A stretch of 64,000 bases of DNA, taken from NCBI RefSeq assembly GCF_009914755.1, contig NC_060928.1; one strand, given 5' to 3'. The stretch comes from the human T2T-CHM13v2.0 reference genome, Homo sapiens. Both the position numbers and the translations under genes were made by a program. This document shows positions 27,771 to 43,400 of the stretch, in pieces. Under the pieces are notes generated by a model that was not told where the DNA came from, searched no databases, and worked only from the letters and a program-made list of their open reading frames with translations. Position 1 is the stretch's first letter, and each line of letters opens with the position of its first letter.

Positions 27771-29819
27771 CATTTATGAATGTTTATTGACATCTGACCT
27801 TGTCTTTATCAGATTTAACACCAAGACAATTATTTCCAAAATACATCTAATTTATTCTATATAATTGTAAATATTAAAATACTAGCATATAATATTAAAC
27901 ATAATATCAACATTCATAGCATTGTTATTATTTTATGTTAGATGCTTTTATGTAGGCTCAATCGTTGTAGTGGGTTAATATATAAAACAATTCATAGCAT
28001 GTTACACTGGGGAGAAATATCTTGTATGTAAGTGGGCAAAGTTGCCTTATTTGACCTTATACCAACTCAATAATAACATATAAATGAGTAATCTGAATAG
28101 ATGTAACCTGCAGAAAGCCATGTCCCTTAGGTTATCCCAACTATTTGTTAACTGTGATTACTTCTTTTAAGCACAGTCAACCTTTGAGAGACATTGTTCT
28201 GTAAGAGTCCTATGAGAGTTCTTATTTCAATCAGTCATAGCCTGGATGCTAGCCTTAATTCTTCCTAATTGTCCCCAAACCGACCAAATAAATACAAGTA
28301 ATCCTATGAATCTTTGTCCCTCCAGAAAAGAGGATTACTCCGTGTTTTCAAGTAAGACTTGGTTCTGGTATATAGTTAAATTGTCAAGAGAAGATTTCTT
28401 CAGCTAGACATGTATCTACCATTCTCTACTATATGATGATTCTTTGCAATATTTCCCAATAATGTAACCTCTATTTTCCCATGAAATTTCAAACACCTCC
28501 TATACAAATACTATGTATTAAGAACCTCTGGTATGTGTAACCTATCTGCCAATGTCCATCACTTTTTTTCTAGAAGATTATAAATGCCAACATTAATTTC
28601 TCAGTATTACACATTGCATATTTGACATTTTTTATTCGCACACTTGCAAGATAAACAAATAAATGTTTAATTGTGCACTTTCTTATGAATATGCATCATG
28701 TTTTAACAATAGCTTATTATGACCTTGACCAAAGATATTAAGGAAGTAGAAAAGTAGAGGTGAATAATAGGAGATAGAGTAAATTGATACTTGACATTTT
28801 CTACTTTAAGTGACTGTGATGCCATCAATAGAAATTCAGTTTCTAATGTTGATATTCAATATATCTTCAGTGGATAAATATAATGAAAATGACAAAATAA
28901 TTTATAAATGAGATGTTTAAGGTAACTGTGGAATATCCTGGTAGAGGCCTTGATAAGAGAACAGAAAATATAATTTGGTTGCTTTGAAGCTCTGTAGTTT
29001 AGAAGAAAGGAAGTGCTTGATGAATTGGATTTGTGAGTGACTGGTGAGTGCTTGACAGTTGAAGCCATGATTGTAAATGAGATTGATAAAAGAGAACATT
29101 TGTAAAGTGTGAAGTGAAGGTCATTACGGTTGAATTATGACCATGCACATTTTATAAGGAGTAATATTCCACAGACTACTTAAAAAGAGGCTGCTGAAAC
29201 ATTGATTAGTTTGGTGAAAGAAGAAATGAAGATGGTTTAGTCATTCAACTTTAGATGCTAAAGTCTACTTCTTGATACGGGAAAGTATATAACTATTGCA
29301 AATTAGATGGAAAAATATGATGAAAAAGAGACGTTGCTCTTCTCTGAAATAAAAAGTGTTTTCTGTAAAATCTAGCTGACATTTTGATTTTTACCATATG
29401 CAAGGATGTGTGTTTGAGTGTCTGTGTGTGCATATATACATAGAACAAAATCTGTGGTTATGTTAATAACAGTAGCGACAGTTCATGTAGAGATATATTC
29501 CTTTGATATGGTATTGACATGTTCAGAAATAGTTTATAAGCTACATTAACAAAGACAGGGTTCAAGATAACTTGTACTATGAATAGTTGCTTTTTCATTA
29601 ATTTGCCTTTTCTCAAGTCACTTTTGTTGCAACTGAAAAGCATACAACTTATGAATATATTTAAGAAAAAAATTCATTTAAAATGTGTGAAATTTCTGAT
29701 GTCAGTAGGGAGATGTAAAATTTCTAATTTTCACCTTGTGCATAAACAGCAGAGGATAATTACTTAAGTATTTGCCCTTTTCATGTATGTTGTCAGATGA
29801 AAATGAATTGCGGATACTC

Positions 29820-30233
29820 TTTTTAAAGTTTTATTGGTTTTTAATTGACACGTAATAATTGTACATCTTTATGGGTATGTTTCAATGCATATATACATTG
29901 TGTAATGATCAAATTAGGGTAAGTAGTATATCCATCACTTTAAAAACATGTCATTTCTTTATGATGTGAACATTCAAAATCCTCTGTTCTTGCTATTTTG
30001 AAGTATACTATACATTATTGCTGACTATGGTTACCTTATTGTGCAATAGAACACCAGAGCTTATTCCTTTTATCTGTAACTTACACCCTTTAACCAATCT
30101 TCCCATCTCCCTCCCTTCCAAGCCTAATGCTCCCAGCCTCTGATAGTTGTTCCACTATTCTATTCTCTACTTCTATCAGCTCAACTTTTAAAGGATAACC
30201 TAAGTGGGAACATGCAGTATTTTGTCTTCTGTG
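29820..30233 (-). mobile_element. L1MA-type 3'UTR fragment
   Basis: ttaattgacacgtaataattgtacat...tgtgtaatgatcaaattagggtaa...gaacatgcagtattttgtctt. Confidence 0.8.
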
Positions 30234-30312
30234 ACAAAGCCTTTGTTAGTAATTCAGTTTCACAGGTGCGTTGAAGAATTATTTAGTAAAAACACTTTGA
30301 AACAACACCTGT

Positions 30313-30638
30313 GCAGGGCATCACTGCTCATGCCTATAAACCCAACACTTTGGGAGGTAGAGGCAGGAGGATCTCTTGAGACCAGGAGTTCAAGACCAAC
30401 CTGGGCAATAATGTGAGACCCCGCCCCTGTCTCTCCAAAAATAATATTTTAAAAAATTAGCTGAATGTGGTGATGTGTACCTGTAGTCTTAGCTACTCAA
30501 GAGGCTGAGGTTGGAGGATCGCTTGAGCCCATAAGTTTGAGGTTACAGTGAGCCACGATTGTGCTACTGCACTCCAGCCTGAGTGACAGTTCAAGACACT
30601 GTCTCTAAAAGAAACAAAAATAAAAACAAAAACAAAAC
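30313..30638 (+). mobile_element. AluJ
   Basis: ggaggatctcttgagaccaggagttcaag and ggaggatcgcttgagccc diagnostics; degenerate TSD AAACAA(CA/TG)CCTG. Confidence 0.9.
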
Positions 30639-33126
30639 AATGCCTGGATTTCAAAAGTTTCTGAGGAAACAGAAAAACTAAGATTTTCCCTTCACATACA
30701 CACCAGAATTGTTTCTTATTTCATTTACTGATTTGGTTACCTGTTTATGAGCAGTGGAAACAAAAATATCTTCTCTTTGAAGATGACAGATTAATATTTA
30801 TATACCTATTTTTTATATATTTGTATCTATACACTAACACAAAAATATATAGCTTAGTAATATTTTATTTTCTTAAATTACTTTTTTTTCCTCTTAGGCT
30901 CTATAATTAAAATAAAATATGGTAACTTATGATTGTCATTTTGTGTTAGTTGAACGTTGTTTAGATCATATACTGATTCTTAGTATTTGGTAAGTAAGTT
31001 TGGAGCAAGCAAAGGGACGACTAGGTGTTGCCAATAAAAAAAAATTCATTATTTATAGCATGGCTTTCTGGGTTTTTCCATTCTAGCCTTTTGTGGCCTT
31101 TGAGGTATTTTATTACCCTATAAATTTCAAATAACAGATAGAAATAAAAAAAATTATTGTCTATAGATGTGCGAACGAATTCTGATGGGAAGAAATTCAA
31201 TTGACTTTTCTCTCCCTCACTCCATGAAAAAGCCAGGTTCATAGCTATTTGGAAGTTCATTACCACAATTATTTTTTCCATATACATTTGTGGCTTTTTG
31301 CCTTCTTTGAGCTGATTATAACATCTGCCTCGTTGCTTTATAAATAATGAGCTAATTTAATATTTAACGTGTGTTCATTTCTATCCACATGATAGTCATG
31401 ATTTTACCTTAAAAATTATTCTTCACCACTCTAAATACATCATTCTTTTGTTTAAGAAAAGAATGAAGGCCTAATAGAGAGTCAAACTGCTCTTATTATA
31501 TGATATATAGGTAAATGTACAGAAGGGAATTCACAGAGGTCAATCTGAATATACTTTCAATAAGTTCAGCAAAGTATGTAAAATGAAAAGGTAATCCAGA
31601 TAGAAAGCATATAAAGCAAATTTTTGTTTTAATTTTTCCATTCTTTATTGCTACACAAAACAAGCTTCAAAAAACTGCAGCTCAGTAACCGAATTAATTT
31701 TCACCTTTCTAAACATGCATATTTATACTACCAGTTTACATTAAATAGGATGTTATTATTTTTATTATTGCAACATCCTCTCAAGGAGAAAATACTGTCA
31801 CTTTGTGTTATGGTGGAGAAATAATAAGTAGAAATTCTTACAAGGCCATAGAGTAAACAAAAATATCAGGATCTGGCTTCTGTTATTTATTGAAGACACA
31901 ATGTTTTGATTGTTTAGATTTGAAATATCTTTTTCAAATTGCCATGCACTTCTAACATGGTAGTTAAGACTTTACAGCATCTTACTGTGAATTAAGAAAG
32001 GTGTCCACCTGAGTCCACACAACATGGGTACAAAGCTATGGGAGCAAGTATAGCCTTTGAGGAAAGAAGAAAGCATTGCTACCCTCCAGTGAATACAAAC
32101 CTACCCTAGGGTTTCTAGCTTGACAAGTGTAGGGCAGCCTGGATTGCAGCCCCACTTACGTGCTGCCTTGACCAGGTGCCTTTGCACAGTGTATACAGTG
32201 TTACAGTAACTCTCCTTCATCATTTTCATACTAGGAAGAAAGCTTTTTATTATGAATTCTAATGAGGGGATTTTTCATGAGGATGCCTCTAATATTTTAT
32301 ACTGCCATATATATTACTGTACCATAGTGTTGCATAACTAATGTAAAGAGGTCAGCTAATAACATTTAAAAAGTAATGAAAATATTGTGAACATCCTGCT
32401 TTAAAACAGTTATTAAAGAAAAAAATTGCTAGACAAGTAAACCAGTGACACAGTTTAAATGGAAATGGTGTCAGATTTAGTCAATAACATGCCCACTTAT
32501 GAAGGTGCTCTTTTTATATTTCACTTTTTTCTCATTCATAGAATGCATTTTGTACTAACATTCTAAAGAAAGGAGCACCTGATCCCATGGACTAATTCTT
32601 GCTATTATCTGATCATGGCACCCTAAAAAACTGACAGTATTTGGGCTCATACTCAGTATGTGGCTCATGACCATGTCCCTAGCACGAGTCCATCTTTTTG
32701 AAAGTTTGCCAGATCTAGAGACAAAACAGCAAGATGCATGAGGCATGATCTGCATTTCTATCATATTTTAATGACCCTTCAAATCATCCTTAAATGATCT
32801 TTCCCAGACTTGGTCCCAGAGAAGCAAAGAAAAATTTAGCACTTAATTTGTGAAAAGATGGCAAGCATTTGAGAAGTCCAAAGAATTAGGGAGACAGGAA
32901 AATTGCACCATAGAAGAAAAAAAAAATGGGAAGTGAAAAATGAAGGGAGGGTGATGGAGAGAAAAGAAAGTGAGCAAAAGCGATCATTTACACACTAAGG
33001 AATAAACTTGTTTCACAAAATACTTGTTTTTCTCCCTTTGTTTATTAGACATATTGGTAAAGAACAATTTGAGACAATTAGTAATTTCAAGTATCTTAAA
33101 TTACAGATTGAAACAATTAATCTATA

Positions 33127-33330
33127 GCTGGTTTTGGCAAATACTTTTTGTAAAGGAACAGCGTAAATATGTTAGGCTTTCTGGCCCATATAATCTTTGT
33201 TACCACTACTCAGATGTGCTGTTGTAGGGCCAAAACAGCTATCAGCCATACATAAACCAGTGGGCATGGCTGTGTTCCAATAATATGTTATTTACAATAG
33301 CACGCCGTGGGTCACAGTCTTTGGACCTCA
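33127..33330. mobile_element. MER58-like hAT-Charlie DNA transposon relic
   Basis: taaatatgttaggcttt...tgggcatggctgtgttccaataa motif. Confidence 0.75.
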
Positions 33331-33548
33331 GATTTATACAATAATGGTAGGACAGCGGTGGGTATCAGTAGAAAATTCATTAACATTATTCCTGGGTTAT
33401 TCTTTGGTGGGAGCAGTCTGATCTGATTTGCTGACATGTTAAGTACAGTTTCTGAGAATGAGTGAAAATCAGGTAGCTATAGATACATTCAATGCTGAAT
33501 TCCAAGACAGCATTGCTTTCATTATTATCTTGATTGAAAAGATCCTTT

Positions 33549-35092
33549 TGATGGAAGCAACAGCCCATCTGGAGCAGCAGCTGCAAAGACATTTGCTGCA
33601 GTGGAGAAGGTGAGGCCGGGGCTGCGCGCTCCGCAGAGCCAGTGGGAGCTGGGAACAGGCAGGAACCAGGGCCCTTCCAAGATGGCCGGTTGGATGCCCC
33701 GCACTGCCAGGCACAGCTACAGTCACCCAGCTGCAGCTGTGGACCCAGGCATCCCTGCACCCTTGGTGGCCCAAGAAGTTCCTCCATCCCCCGCAGGCTT
33801 GGAAATGCCAGCTCCTGCTGCCTGGGCTCTCCCAACTCCTGGTGTCTGCTCTGGTTTTGGAGCAATGTTGAGCCGAGCCCAGGCACTATCATAACTCAGA
33901 TGGGTGTGCGAGTGTCCAAGGCAGTGCTGACACTTCAGCCCCCTGCTGCCTCAGCCCCATCTGGGCTTTGGACAACAACAAGCAGGGGAAGAGGCTGGGA
34001 GGGATGGGGGGTTGAGGGCAACTTGGCATGGGACTGTAGGCGCCCCGCAGCATGAATAGCCTGGGTGCATGGACACCATGGATGGCAGGTTGATGACGGC
34101 AAAAGGCAGGCTTCTGGGTGGAAAGAGGCGGGTGTCTGGTGAAACCCCACCTTCAACCCAGGAATGGCCTGAAGCCTGGGGACTGGGATGCCAGTCTCAT
34201 GGACCAGAATGAGAACTTATGGTGCTTTTCCCTGGTCTGCCCATGGCTGCCAATGGACCAATCAGTGCACACTTTCTCCCCTGTGAAGCCGAGAAAAACC
34301 CCAGATTCAGCCAAATGTGAGAAGATGAAGGGAGGCCGGCCTACATATAGAAGCTACCCACTGTGGGTCTCCTCTCCCCTGAGGGCTGCAGGCTCGATGG
34401 GATGTCCTGCTTGTGACTAGCAGCTACCCACTCCTGTTCTCATCCCCTGAGAATTCTGCTGCTGCTCAGTGAAACTCCTCTCTGCCTTGCTTACCCTCCA
34501 GTTGTCCATGTACCTTATTCTTCCTGGATGTGGGACAATAATTTGGGACCCACCAAATGGAGGGACTTAAAAGAGCTGTAACGCAAACAGGGCTGAAACA
34601 TCCCCTCCCCCACTTGCCACGTTGCTGGTGACAAGAAGGAGAGAAGAGCTGTGGCCCTTCATGGAGCCCAGAGCTAGGGGCTCCCCAAGCCAGGGCTGTG
34701 ACACTCTTTGGGTTTCTGCAGTTCCTGTCATCTCCAAGCTTCTGGGCACTATGGCATTTCCCTCATCCATATGCAGTTGCCCTCAGTGGAAGCTGTGTGC
34801 AGTACATCTGCTCCAGCTGCAGCCTTGCATGGAGCCGGCAACTGGACCAGTGCCTAGAGCTGCCTGCCCTGCTGAAGCAGCCAATGTGCCTGACTGTGCC
34901 CAGCGGCCAGACCCTGTGCTCATTCACCCACACACCCCTCACCACTCCATGCCTGGCTCACCCTTGGCAGGTATGGGATGCAAGCTGGTAGTGTGCCAGG
35001 CCTAGTGGGCAGAACAAGCCTAGCAGGCCCGAGCAAACCATGGCAACAGAGGTTTCCAGCTGGCGAAGTAACACTCTAATGATCCTGTAACA
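33549..35092 (+). mobile_element. Solo ERV1 LTR, MER52A-like (1544 bp)
   Basis: Abrupt GC-rich block with TG...CA ends (tgatggaagcaacagcccatctggagc ... gatcctgtaaca); flanks CTTT/CTTA as a degenerate 4-bp TSD. Confidence 0.88.
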
Positions 35093-35272
35093 CTTAAATT
35101 TGTTCATATAAATGCATTTCAAATATACTGTGAGAAATTAATATTTTATGTAAATTCAGGATATATTAGTGTCAGAACAAAGGAGGCTGATGTAACACTG
35201 ATATCCTGGGAAAGTCACTGATTTAACTCTAATGTGATGAAAGAATGGATTGGAATTTTTTTCTTTTATTGA

Positions 35273-35629
<357 letters not shown>

Positions 35630-35811
35630 TAATATGGATATAATACGGATATTACATTACTTGGTATATATAAGAAAGGCCTATCAGTTACCTAGTGAGA
35701 GTGGTCAGGAAAGTAAGACAAACAGGTTAATTCAGACCACAAAGAGTATTTTGGGCACAGCTTGAAGTTGCTTTAAAGGCATACTGAATGAGAAAATAGG
35801 TCTCTCAGAAG

Positions 35812-35990
35812 CAGTGGTTCTTAGCCTGTGTTTCACATTATAGTCACCTGAGGAGCTTTGAAACAAGTGATGCCTGGGCTGCATTCCCAGCAATGCTGAT
35901 TTAATTAATCTGTGGGTGGGGCCTGGGCATCAGTATTTTTTCAAAGCATTCTAGATGATTTATATGTACAGCCAAGATACAGACCCAGTT
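35812..35990. mobile_element. MER5-type hAT MITE relic
   Basis: cagtggttct...tcacctgaggagcttt...gatgcctgggc...gggcctgggcatc internal symmetry. Confidence 0.8.
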
Positions 35991-37214
35991 TCAGACTTTA
36001 AATATGTTGATTCAGGTCATTTCCCTATAAGAGGAAAAGCTGAGACTTGACATTAGTTCGGGTGTTAAATCTAGACCACAATTTCCTAGTTGCTTCTTCA
36101 CTCACATTGGCCTAGTAGATTATGTAGCAAAACATTCCTTGAGCATTTAGGGCTTATTGTTTGTGCATATTAAGGTAATTGTAAATTTGAGTTAATTTAG
36201 AGGAGCTGAAGAAAAATATGCTTTTATCAATGAATTGCCTCACAGGTATCATTCACTTTTAATGCCCTGTATACATATAGGGACAAACTAGTCAGTGTCC
36301 CCCTCCATTTGGGCTCAGAGGGCAATGCTTTGTTTTTCCCTTTAACATCCTTTTCCTAAATCACATTTTATCTCTCTCTCTGTCTTTACCTTTTAAGTTT
36401 TAGAATGTGTGCTCCCCTTCTTTTAAACCATGTCATGTTAATGGTAAGACCCATTTATGATTCATTTATCTATTACCTGCAGTTTCTTGAATTGGATTTT
36501 GTACTCAATTAAGTTTTAACACATAGTCACAAATTAAATACCAAGATAAAAAACCATTACACCTTTCTCTAATCTCTCATCATATATCATCTATTTATAT
36601 TATTATACTCACATACACATAGTAACTAGCTTATTGAAGAAACTATACCTATGTCTGTATCTACCTATCAATCATCTATGTATATAACCATGAATATATA
36701 TTTTATTTACATATATATACACAATATATTTGTATTTTTAGTGCTTATCTGAGTGCCAGGCGCCTATTTTCTTATTAAATATTTATTGAATACCTTAATA
36801 TCTAGTTTTAAAAGAGAAGAATACAAATGACTAAAGGAGTGCAGAAAAATGAGCATTTCAATTATTACTATGGTGTCAGATTTAGAAAATAAAAATGGAA
36901 GACATTTTAAAATTTCATATAAACAATGAATTATTTTTTAGTATAAAGTTTTCACAACATTACATTGTATTTCATCTGACAATTCTTGTTGTATCTCCCC
37001 CAAATTGTCTAAATTTATTTAAAATGGCACTAAATTATCTGTATTCCAAAGGGGTAAGTAATTTGAAGACCAGAAAGAATACCAAGAAAACAGACACCAA
37101 CAGGCTGAGCACTTCATGAGAGGAAGGCCCAGAAGAACCCTACTGTTTTCCTGAGCTGAATGAAATAAAATGAGATTTTATTTCCTGTCAGTGGACCAGT
37201 TCCTTCCTTCCTTT

Positions 37215-37665
37215 TGAAAAAATGATTGTATATATTTAATGTGTTCAACATGATGTTTCAATATACACAGAGTGAAATTGGTACTATAGCGAAGCAAACA
37301 AACAATCCATCATCCCACACAGATATGAGTTTATTTTTGTTTATGATTTAAGATAAGGACCTAATTTCATTATTTTGCATGAGGAAATTCGGTTTACCCA
37401 GCACTATTTGTTGAAGAGAGTATTCTTTCTCCATTGTGTTGTGTTGGTACTCTTTCCAAAAATTATTTGAATTTATTTCTAAGCTCTCTATTCTGTTAAT
37501 TGGTCTATGTATCTGTTTCTATGCCAGTACCATATTGTTTTGATTACTAAAGCTTTATACTATAGTTTGAAATTAGGAAGTGTAATGCCTCCAGCTTTGT
37601 TGTTCTTTATCATCATTGATTTGGCTTTTGGGGGTCTTTTTTGGCTCCATAAAAATTTTAGAAAT
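37215..37665 (-). mobile_element. L1MA-type fragments (3' end joined to an internal ORF2 piece)
   Basis: 3'UTR end at ~37215-37325, then tacccagcactatttgttgaagag...atgcctccagctttgttgttc. Confidence 0.75.
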
Positions 37666-40261
37666 CTTTGTGTTGTAAACCCTCTTTGAAAACCTACATA
37701 TGCACAGCCAAAAATACAATATCAGATTTTTTTCATTCGAAAATCAATTTTGTCTCATAGGTCATTTTCTTGAGGAAATAGTTTAAAATGTGTAGCCTTC
37801 TACCTTATTTTAACACCAAACTCAACAATGTTTTGTTTAAAGTACCCATTCAAGTTTGGATTTAATTATAAGTAGAATATGCTATAGAACTCTATCTACT
37901 TCTACTAAAATGATAAAGCATATATTTTCTAAATCTCCTTTTAACTTAGTCGAAAGTTTCCCTCACCTGAACTCCTTGATCAGCACAAATTGTAGTTCTC
38001 AAACAGAAAGATGAATAATTTTATTGAAGAATGGAAGGAATCCCAAGACTTCTTAGGAAGCCTTCTCAGTGGTTGACTACAGTTTGAGGTCTAAATGTGA
38101 AAGAAGGCATGTATAATATGAAGGATATTGTGTAAGGTGAGAAAACATGATGAATATATTGCTATCATGTAAATTGTGTTATCTTAATCCTACATAAACA
38201 GATTTTTAACATCTGAGATTCTCTGTCTTGTAATTGATGAAACTAGTCCATTCATATTCATTTTGATTATTGAAATCTTTGGAATTATTTTTACTTGTGT
38301 ACTTTTGTTTGCTGTTGTCTTTTTTATGTTCTTTTTCCAGAAAGTTTTTTTCATTTATTTTAAAAATTCATCATTTTTCTATTAACCAGTTCGAAATGTA
38401 TGTGCTCTCTTTTGCTTACTTTAATGCATACCTTGAATATTTTATTATACATATTTATTATAGAAATACATGCTATTCTTTTATTTCTTTAAGAAGTGTA
38501 CTTAAAATCCTATTCATTAATAGCCAAGTATTTCATGAAATTATTATTTTACTCTCATTTCTCAAAGTCATAAGTTGAGGAAGTAAATCCTTAATTTCAT
38601 CTGATGGTCTTCTGTCTTGCTTTCTTAATATCTATTTTATTTCTTCTCCATCCATACTGCTACTAAATAAGTTATCTCAGGACTCTTTTATACCTCATCT
38701 GATTCAAACATTAATTTTTGAATTGGGAAACTCTTAACTCCTTTTGTTTTCCATCTTGCCAACTTCAATCTAATTTCTATATTATTGTTAATTCACCTTT
38801 AGAATAATATTTCTTTTCTGTTTTAAACCTTTGAATGGGTCACTATGCCTTTCTATATTAGGTCTGAACATAAACACAAGATGTAATACTGCCTATCTCT
38901 TTATTTCTAATGTGTTTATTTCAGATGCTTTGAGATTTCTGAGGGTTGACTTTTTTTACTGGCTATTTTAGCAAAGATGTTCTGCTATCTATTCAGCAGG
39001 ATAATGGTACAGAAAGAATATTGAAGATTCATATTAAGCATGTTTCTCTCAATTGGGTTAAATGCCCATACACATAATACAATTACAGTAAATTAGGAAC
39101 TGTAACATTCTGAAAACCACTTATTGATATTCAGTACAGCATTTAATCTTCCTAGTTTGTTTATATTAGTTTTGTTTTAATCACTTAAAACATTACTCTT
39201 TACTACACTTGTAGTCTTAGCCATTCTTGCAGAAAAATGACAAGTATTCTCCAAAATTAGAAATTGAAATATATATGCAGTCAAATAATTGATTTCTGAT
39301 GATTATATTTCAATTATAATGTACATGAACCACTATTAAAAAATGGATTTAAAAACAAAGGTGGATTCTGTAGGCTATTTTACAAGTCCTCTGTTTATTA
39401 AAGGATTCACATATATTTCTAGTAAGAATGAGACATCATTTTTCTCATAAATAGCAGTCTATTTGATGCTTCGTTAATATGATATTTTTGAAGCTTTTCT
39501 ATTAGAAATATTTCAATTATAAACCTGCCAGGAATATTATAAATGAATTAAAATATGTGAAAGAAATGCAAAATATCTTTAGCCAAAATTTGAATTTCAT
39601 TTTGACCCATGAATGTTATGTCCATCACATCTTATCAGTTAATAAACCCACCAAGCAAAACATTTACATCATGGAAAGAGTAATGATCATCATCAAACTA
39701 AAAGTTAGACCTCATTTATCCCATGCTGTGTTTGAGTTATTTCTCTGAGTGTCTTCAATATATTAACCTATATAATACTAAAATGACTTAATGGAATAGC
39801 TCTATTCTTATTTCTCTATTTCAGATGAAAAATTTATGGCATACAGGTTAAGTAATTTAATCATAGGTTCATAGATTTAAGAAATGGTAGAGCTAGAATT
39901 TGAATTTAGGTAGTTTGGCTAAGAAATCTATGCTACTTTCCAGCTTGCCAAGGGAGAGTGAACAATATTAATCATTGTAATTTACAAATTCTATTACAGC
40001 CCCCTGTTCCATAAAAACATACTTTCTAGTCTATAAAATACAGAAACATAACTAAAAAATGTAGAAAGAACAAACACTTGACTTAATATGGAAAGTTTAT
40101 CAACCCCTATCTTTATAGACTTTTTGTTAGTTTAGGATTTTTTTTGCAGGGTGAAAAAATAAAGAAATGCCCATTGTAATACTTTTTTTTTTTAAAGTAT
40201 TTAGTATTCATGGGAAAACAGCAATTGAGAGTATCTTCAAAATCTACAATATTGGTCTACA

Positions 40262-40400
40262 TCTGTGGTTCTCACATTACAGTTAAAATGCAAATTCTCA
40301 GCCCCAATCAAAACTTTATCAATCACAAACTCCTGGTATTTGGTCCAACAAACTGATTTAACAAGCTCTTCAGGTGAACACTCAAATTTGACAACCACTG
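40262..40400. mobile_element. MER5A-like relic
   Basis: gtggttctca...aaatgcaaattctca...tttaacaagc...tttgacaaccactg termini. Confidence 0.7.
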
Positions 40401-43400
40401 ATTTTTACTTCCAACAATATAATCTGGTGATAGGACCCATTTGGAAATCTAAAAAAAAAATTAACTCTCTTAAAGATGAGACGAGCCTAATTTTTAGCAT
40501 TTCATGCCAAATGCAAAGTGTTTTGTTTTAATAATCTGTTTTAATAAAGAAAAAAACCCTAAAACATTAGAATTTCTAAACTGAGTGAAATGGGAAGAAA
40601 AGTGGAAGTTGAGGGGGAATTTAGACACATTTGAGGCCCAAGGGAAATTATGAGGCGCTAAGAAGTCGTTACAGTAAAGCCCTACTGAAAGATCAAAAAG
40701 GTAAACCCTATATTAGGTTTGATATTAAGACTACTTATTATTAAATGATTGCTCACAGTTACCGAAAAGCAAGGTGCCTAGATTTAGAAACTAACTGTAA
40801 TACATACTAGTAGTGAAAGTGTGGAGGAGTCATTTGATCTTTCCATGACTTGGTGTTTTAATACAGTGATATCAAAACCTGGTTCGTGCATTTTTGAAAT
40901 GATTAAATTACATGTGAAGAGCTTGCGGCAGTTTATAGCACATAGCTAGTTTGCCCCCTCCCCGCCACCAAGTGTTAGATTCTCCTTTTAATGTAAACAT
41001 AGCACACCACGGTAGTGATGAGTGAGTTATGAGAGATCCAATAAAATATTAATATTTTACTTACAACTGTTTTGAGTTTAATATTAAGTGGTATCAATTC
41101 AGTTTGAAGATATCCCTTTATGATGCCCTGATGTTTGCAAAGGAAAAATACATGAAAAAAAATAAAAGATTTTTGCCTGAACTGTTTTGATGCTAGAAGC
41201 AAAGAGATTTTTGACTCAAATTACTTTACTTTTTATCTCTATTTTTCACTTGACATCTTATTCACCTAGTCTGTATTTTAAAGTACTATATGACTTGCTT
41301 GACTCCAGAAAAGAAATGGGAAAGCAAGATCTAATGTATACAAGAAGATAACAACAGCCAATTAAAATTAATATTCAAGCAGAGCATTAATATATTTATT
41401 CATCATTACCATTTTATAAGACAACGGCTACATTTTCTTTCACAAAGGGGTAAAAACTATGACAATAGGTTGTTGAGTAAGTAACCAAAGATAAGTTCGT
41501 GAATGCTGGAGTTGGGTTATGAAATCAGGCAGTTAAACTACAGTCTGTGTATTTAACCATAGGGCTGTGATTCAAGCCACTTGAAATAAGGATGTTTACA
41601 AAGAAATATTGATTCATAGCCATAATAGCAATTCAAATATTGACATAACATGCGGGGCATCTGTTCAAATTTAGATTACCACATCACACAGATGTAGTAC
41701 AGAATGCCATAGATGCTAAGATTACATTTAGCTAACTGATTATTCAAATAGTGTTGCCCTCTCTTAAGGCACTAATTATACATTTTCTTTTTAACACTGT
41801 GGTAAGATTCCTTTCTCATCTTCATCCTGACTGCTTAGTTCTAAGTTTAATTTCCATATGTAGTCTCTGAGGAACTGAAAACAGGTGATCTCTTATTTTT
41901 CCATAAGTGGCTAGAAAGAAGTTACAAAATCTTGCCTCTAATGATTAATTTCACATAATGGGATAAATATAGTTATACAAAACCCGTTCAAACCAGAGAG
42001 AAGCATGTCTAGAAAAGACCTAGAGAAAAATTTTGATATGACAAGTTAATGCCTCCTTTAGAATATAAGAACTACAGCAACTGTCACTGTCAGCAGCTTT
42101 CACCACATGGCCTGGCCAATTTTCACCTTTCATTATTTATGTCAAAGGACATTTCAGAGTCTTCATATAGTCTAAATTTAATTTTTTAAAGAGTCTTTGA
42201 AAAGAGAAAATCTTCCTCAAGCTGGCAGATGGAAATGAATATACAAAGACCTCCTTTTGTTCTCAATTGAGACAGAATTGCCCTGATTTCTTTACCTCTT
42301 AAGTAAAGCTAACTTTTAATTTAGATTTTGTTAGGTTGCAGTTTTCATAAATTACCCCTTCTAAGTGACTGAAACGTAATTGGAAATGTAGAAATTTCAT
42401 TTCTATTAAGGTTGAGTGATGTTTTAATTCAGAAAGTACCATGAAACTTGTTACCTTAAAAAATGTGAACTAAAAACTGTGTAAGTAGTTATAATAGAGT
42501 GTTCTTCAGGAAGTATAAATATCTTTAATATAAACAAATATTTTTATGACTTCTTATAGGAGCCCACACAATCCCTTACAATAAAATTGGTGAATATTAT
42601 GAAACATATTTTTGTCGTATTTTAAGTAGTTGACAAGTTTATCGTAGTCTATGTGGATAGATTAATATCTGTTTCTTTCAACGGGAGTTTGGAAGTACTA
42701 GGAACCATGACAAAATAATGACAAATGATAGTGAATATGTTTCACTAAGCAGCTTAGAGGTTAGTATTAGACGGTGAAAAGTGCTACACTTGTCATATTC
42801 TGAAGATAAAAAATTAATAAAACAGCATTTTGCAATCTCAGTCTTAAAAAATACTGTTGCAAACATCTTAATGTTTTCATTTTTGTTGTTCATGCATTTA
42901 TTGTAAGGGGGCAAGTAGTTCTGGGAGGACAAGAATAGTACAAAACTGCATATTTCCTATATGAACTATATTATTTCTTCTCTTTAATCTTTTTGTGGCT
43001 AGTATCTAGCATAATTGGCAAACAGTAGGGGTTGTATTTAGGCTTATTTATTCATTCAATGCATATTTATTTTGTAGAAGAACGAATGGAGCCTGACAAA
43101 GTCGTTCTCAGCTTTATGCCTTCATGTGGTCTGGGATTTTCTTTAAAGAAAAACCTCCTTAGAGAAATATGAGAAAGAATCATCTTGGCAATTTCACGAG
43201 AGCCTTCTATTTTATCATTCTGTGTTCCTAATGGGAAAGCAAAATCCTCTTTTTCAGGAATTCTATGTCCTACATTTAAAATCTCTTATCTCTTATGTAG
43301 CCCTAAACATACTATTAACACTCAGAATTTTCAAGATGACTGATACATTCTTGTAAAACTGTAGGTGAATATTTTATTTTATTTCTGTATTATATATAAA

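Noticed and set aside
33386-35005. Cluster of 60-168 aa ORFs on both strands
   Set aside because: They lie in a GC-rich solo LTR where stops are scarce; no gag/pol/env motifs.
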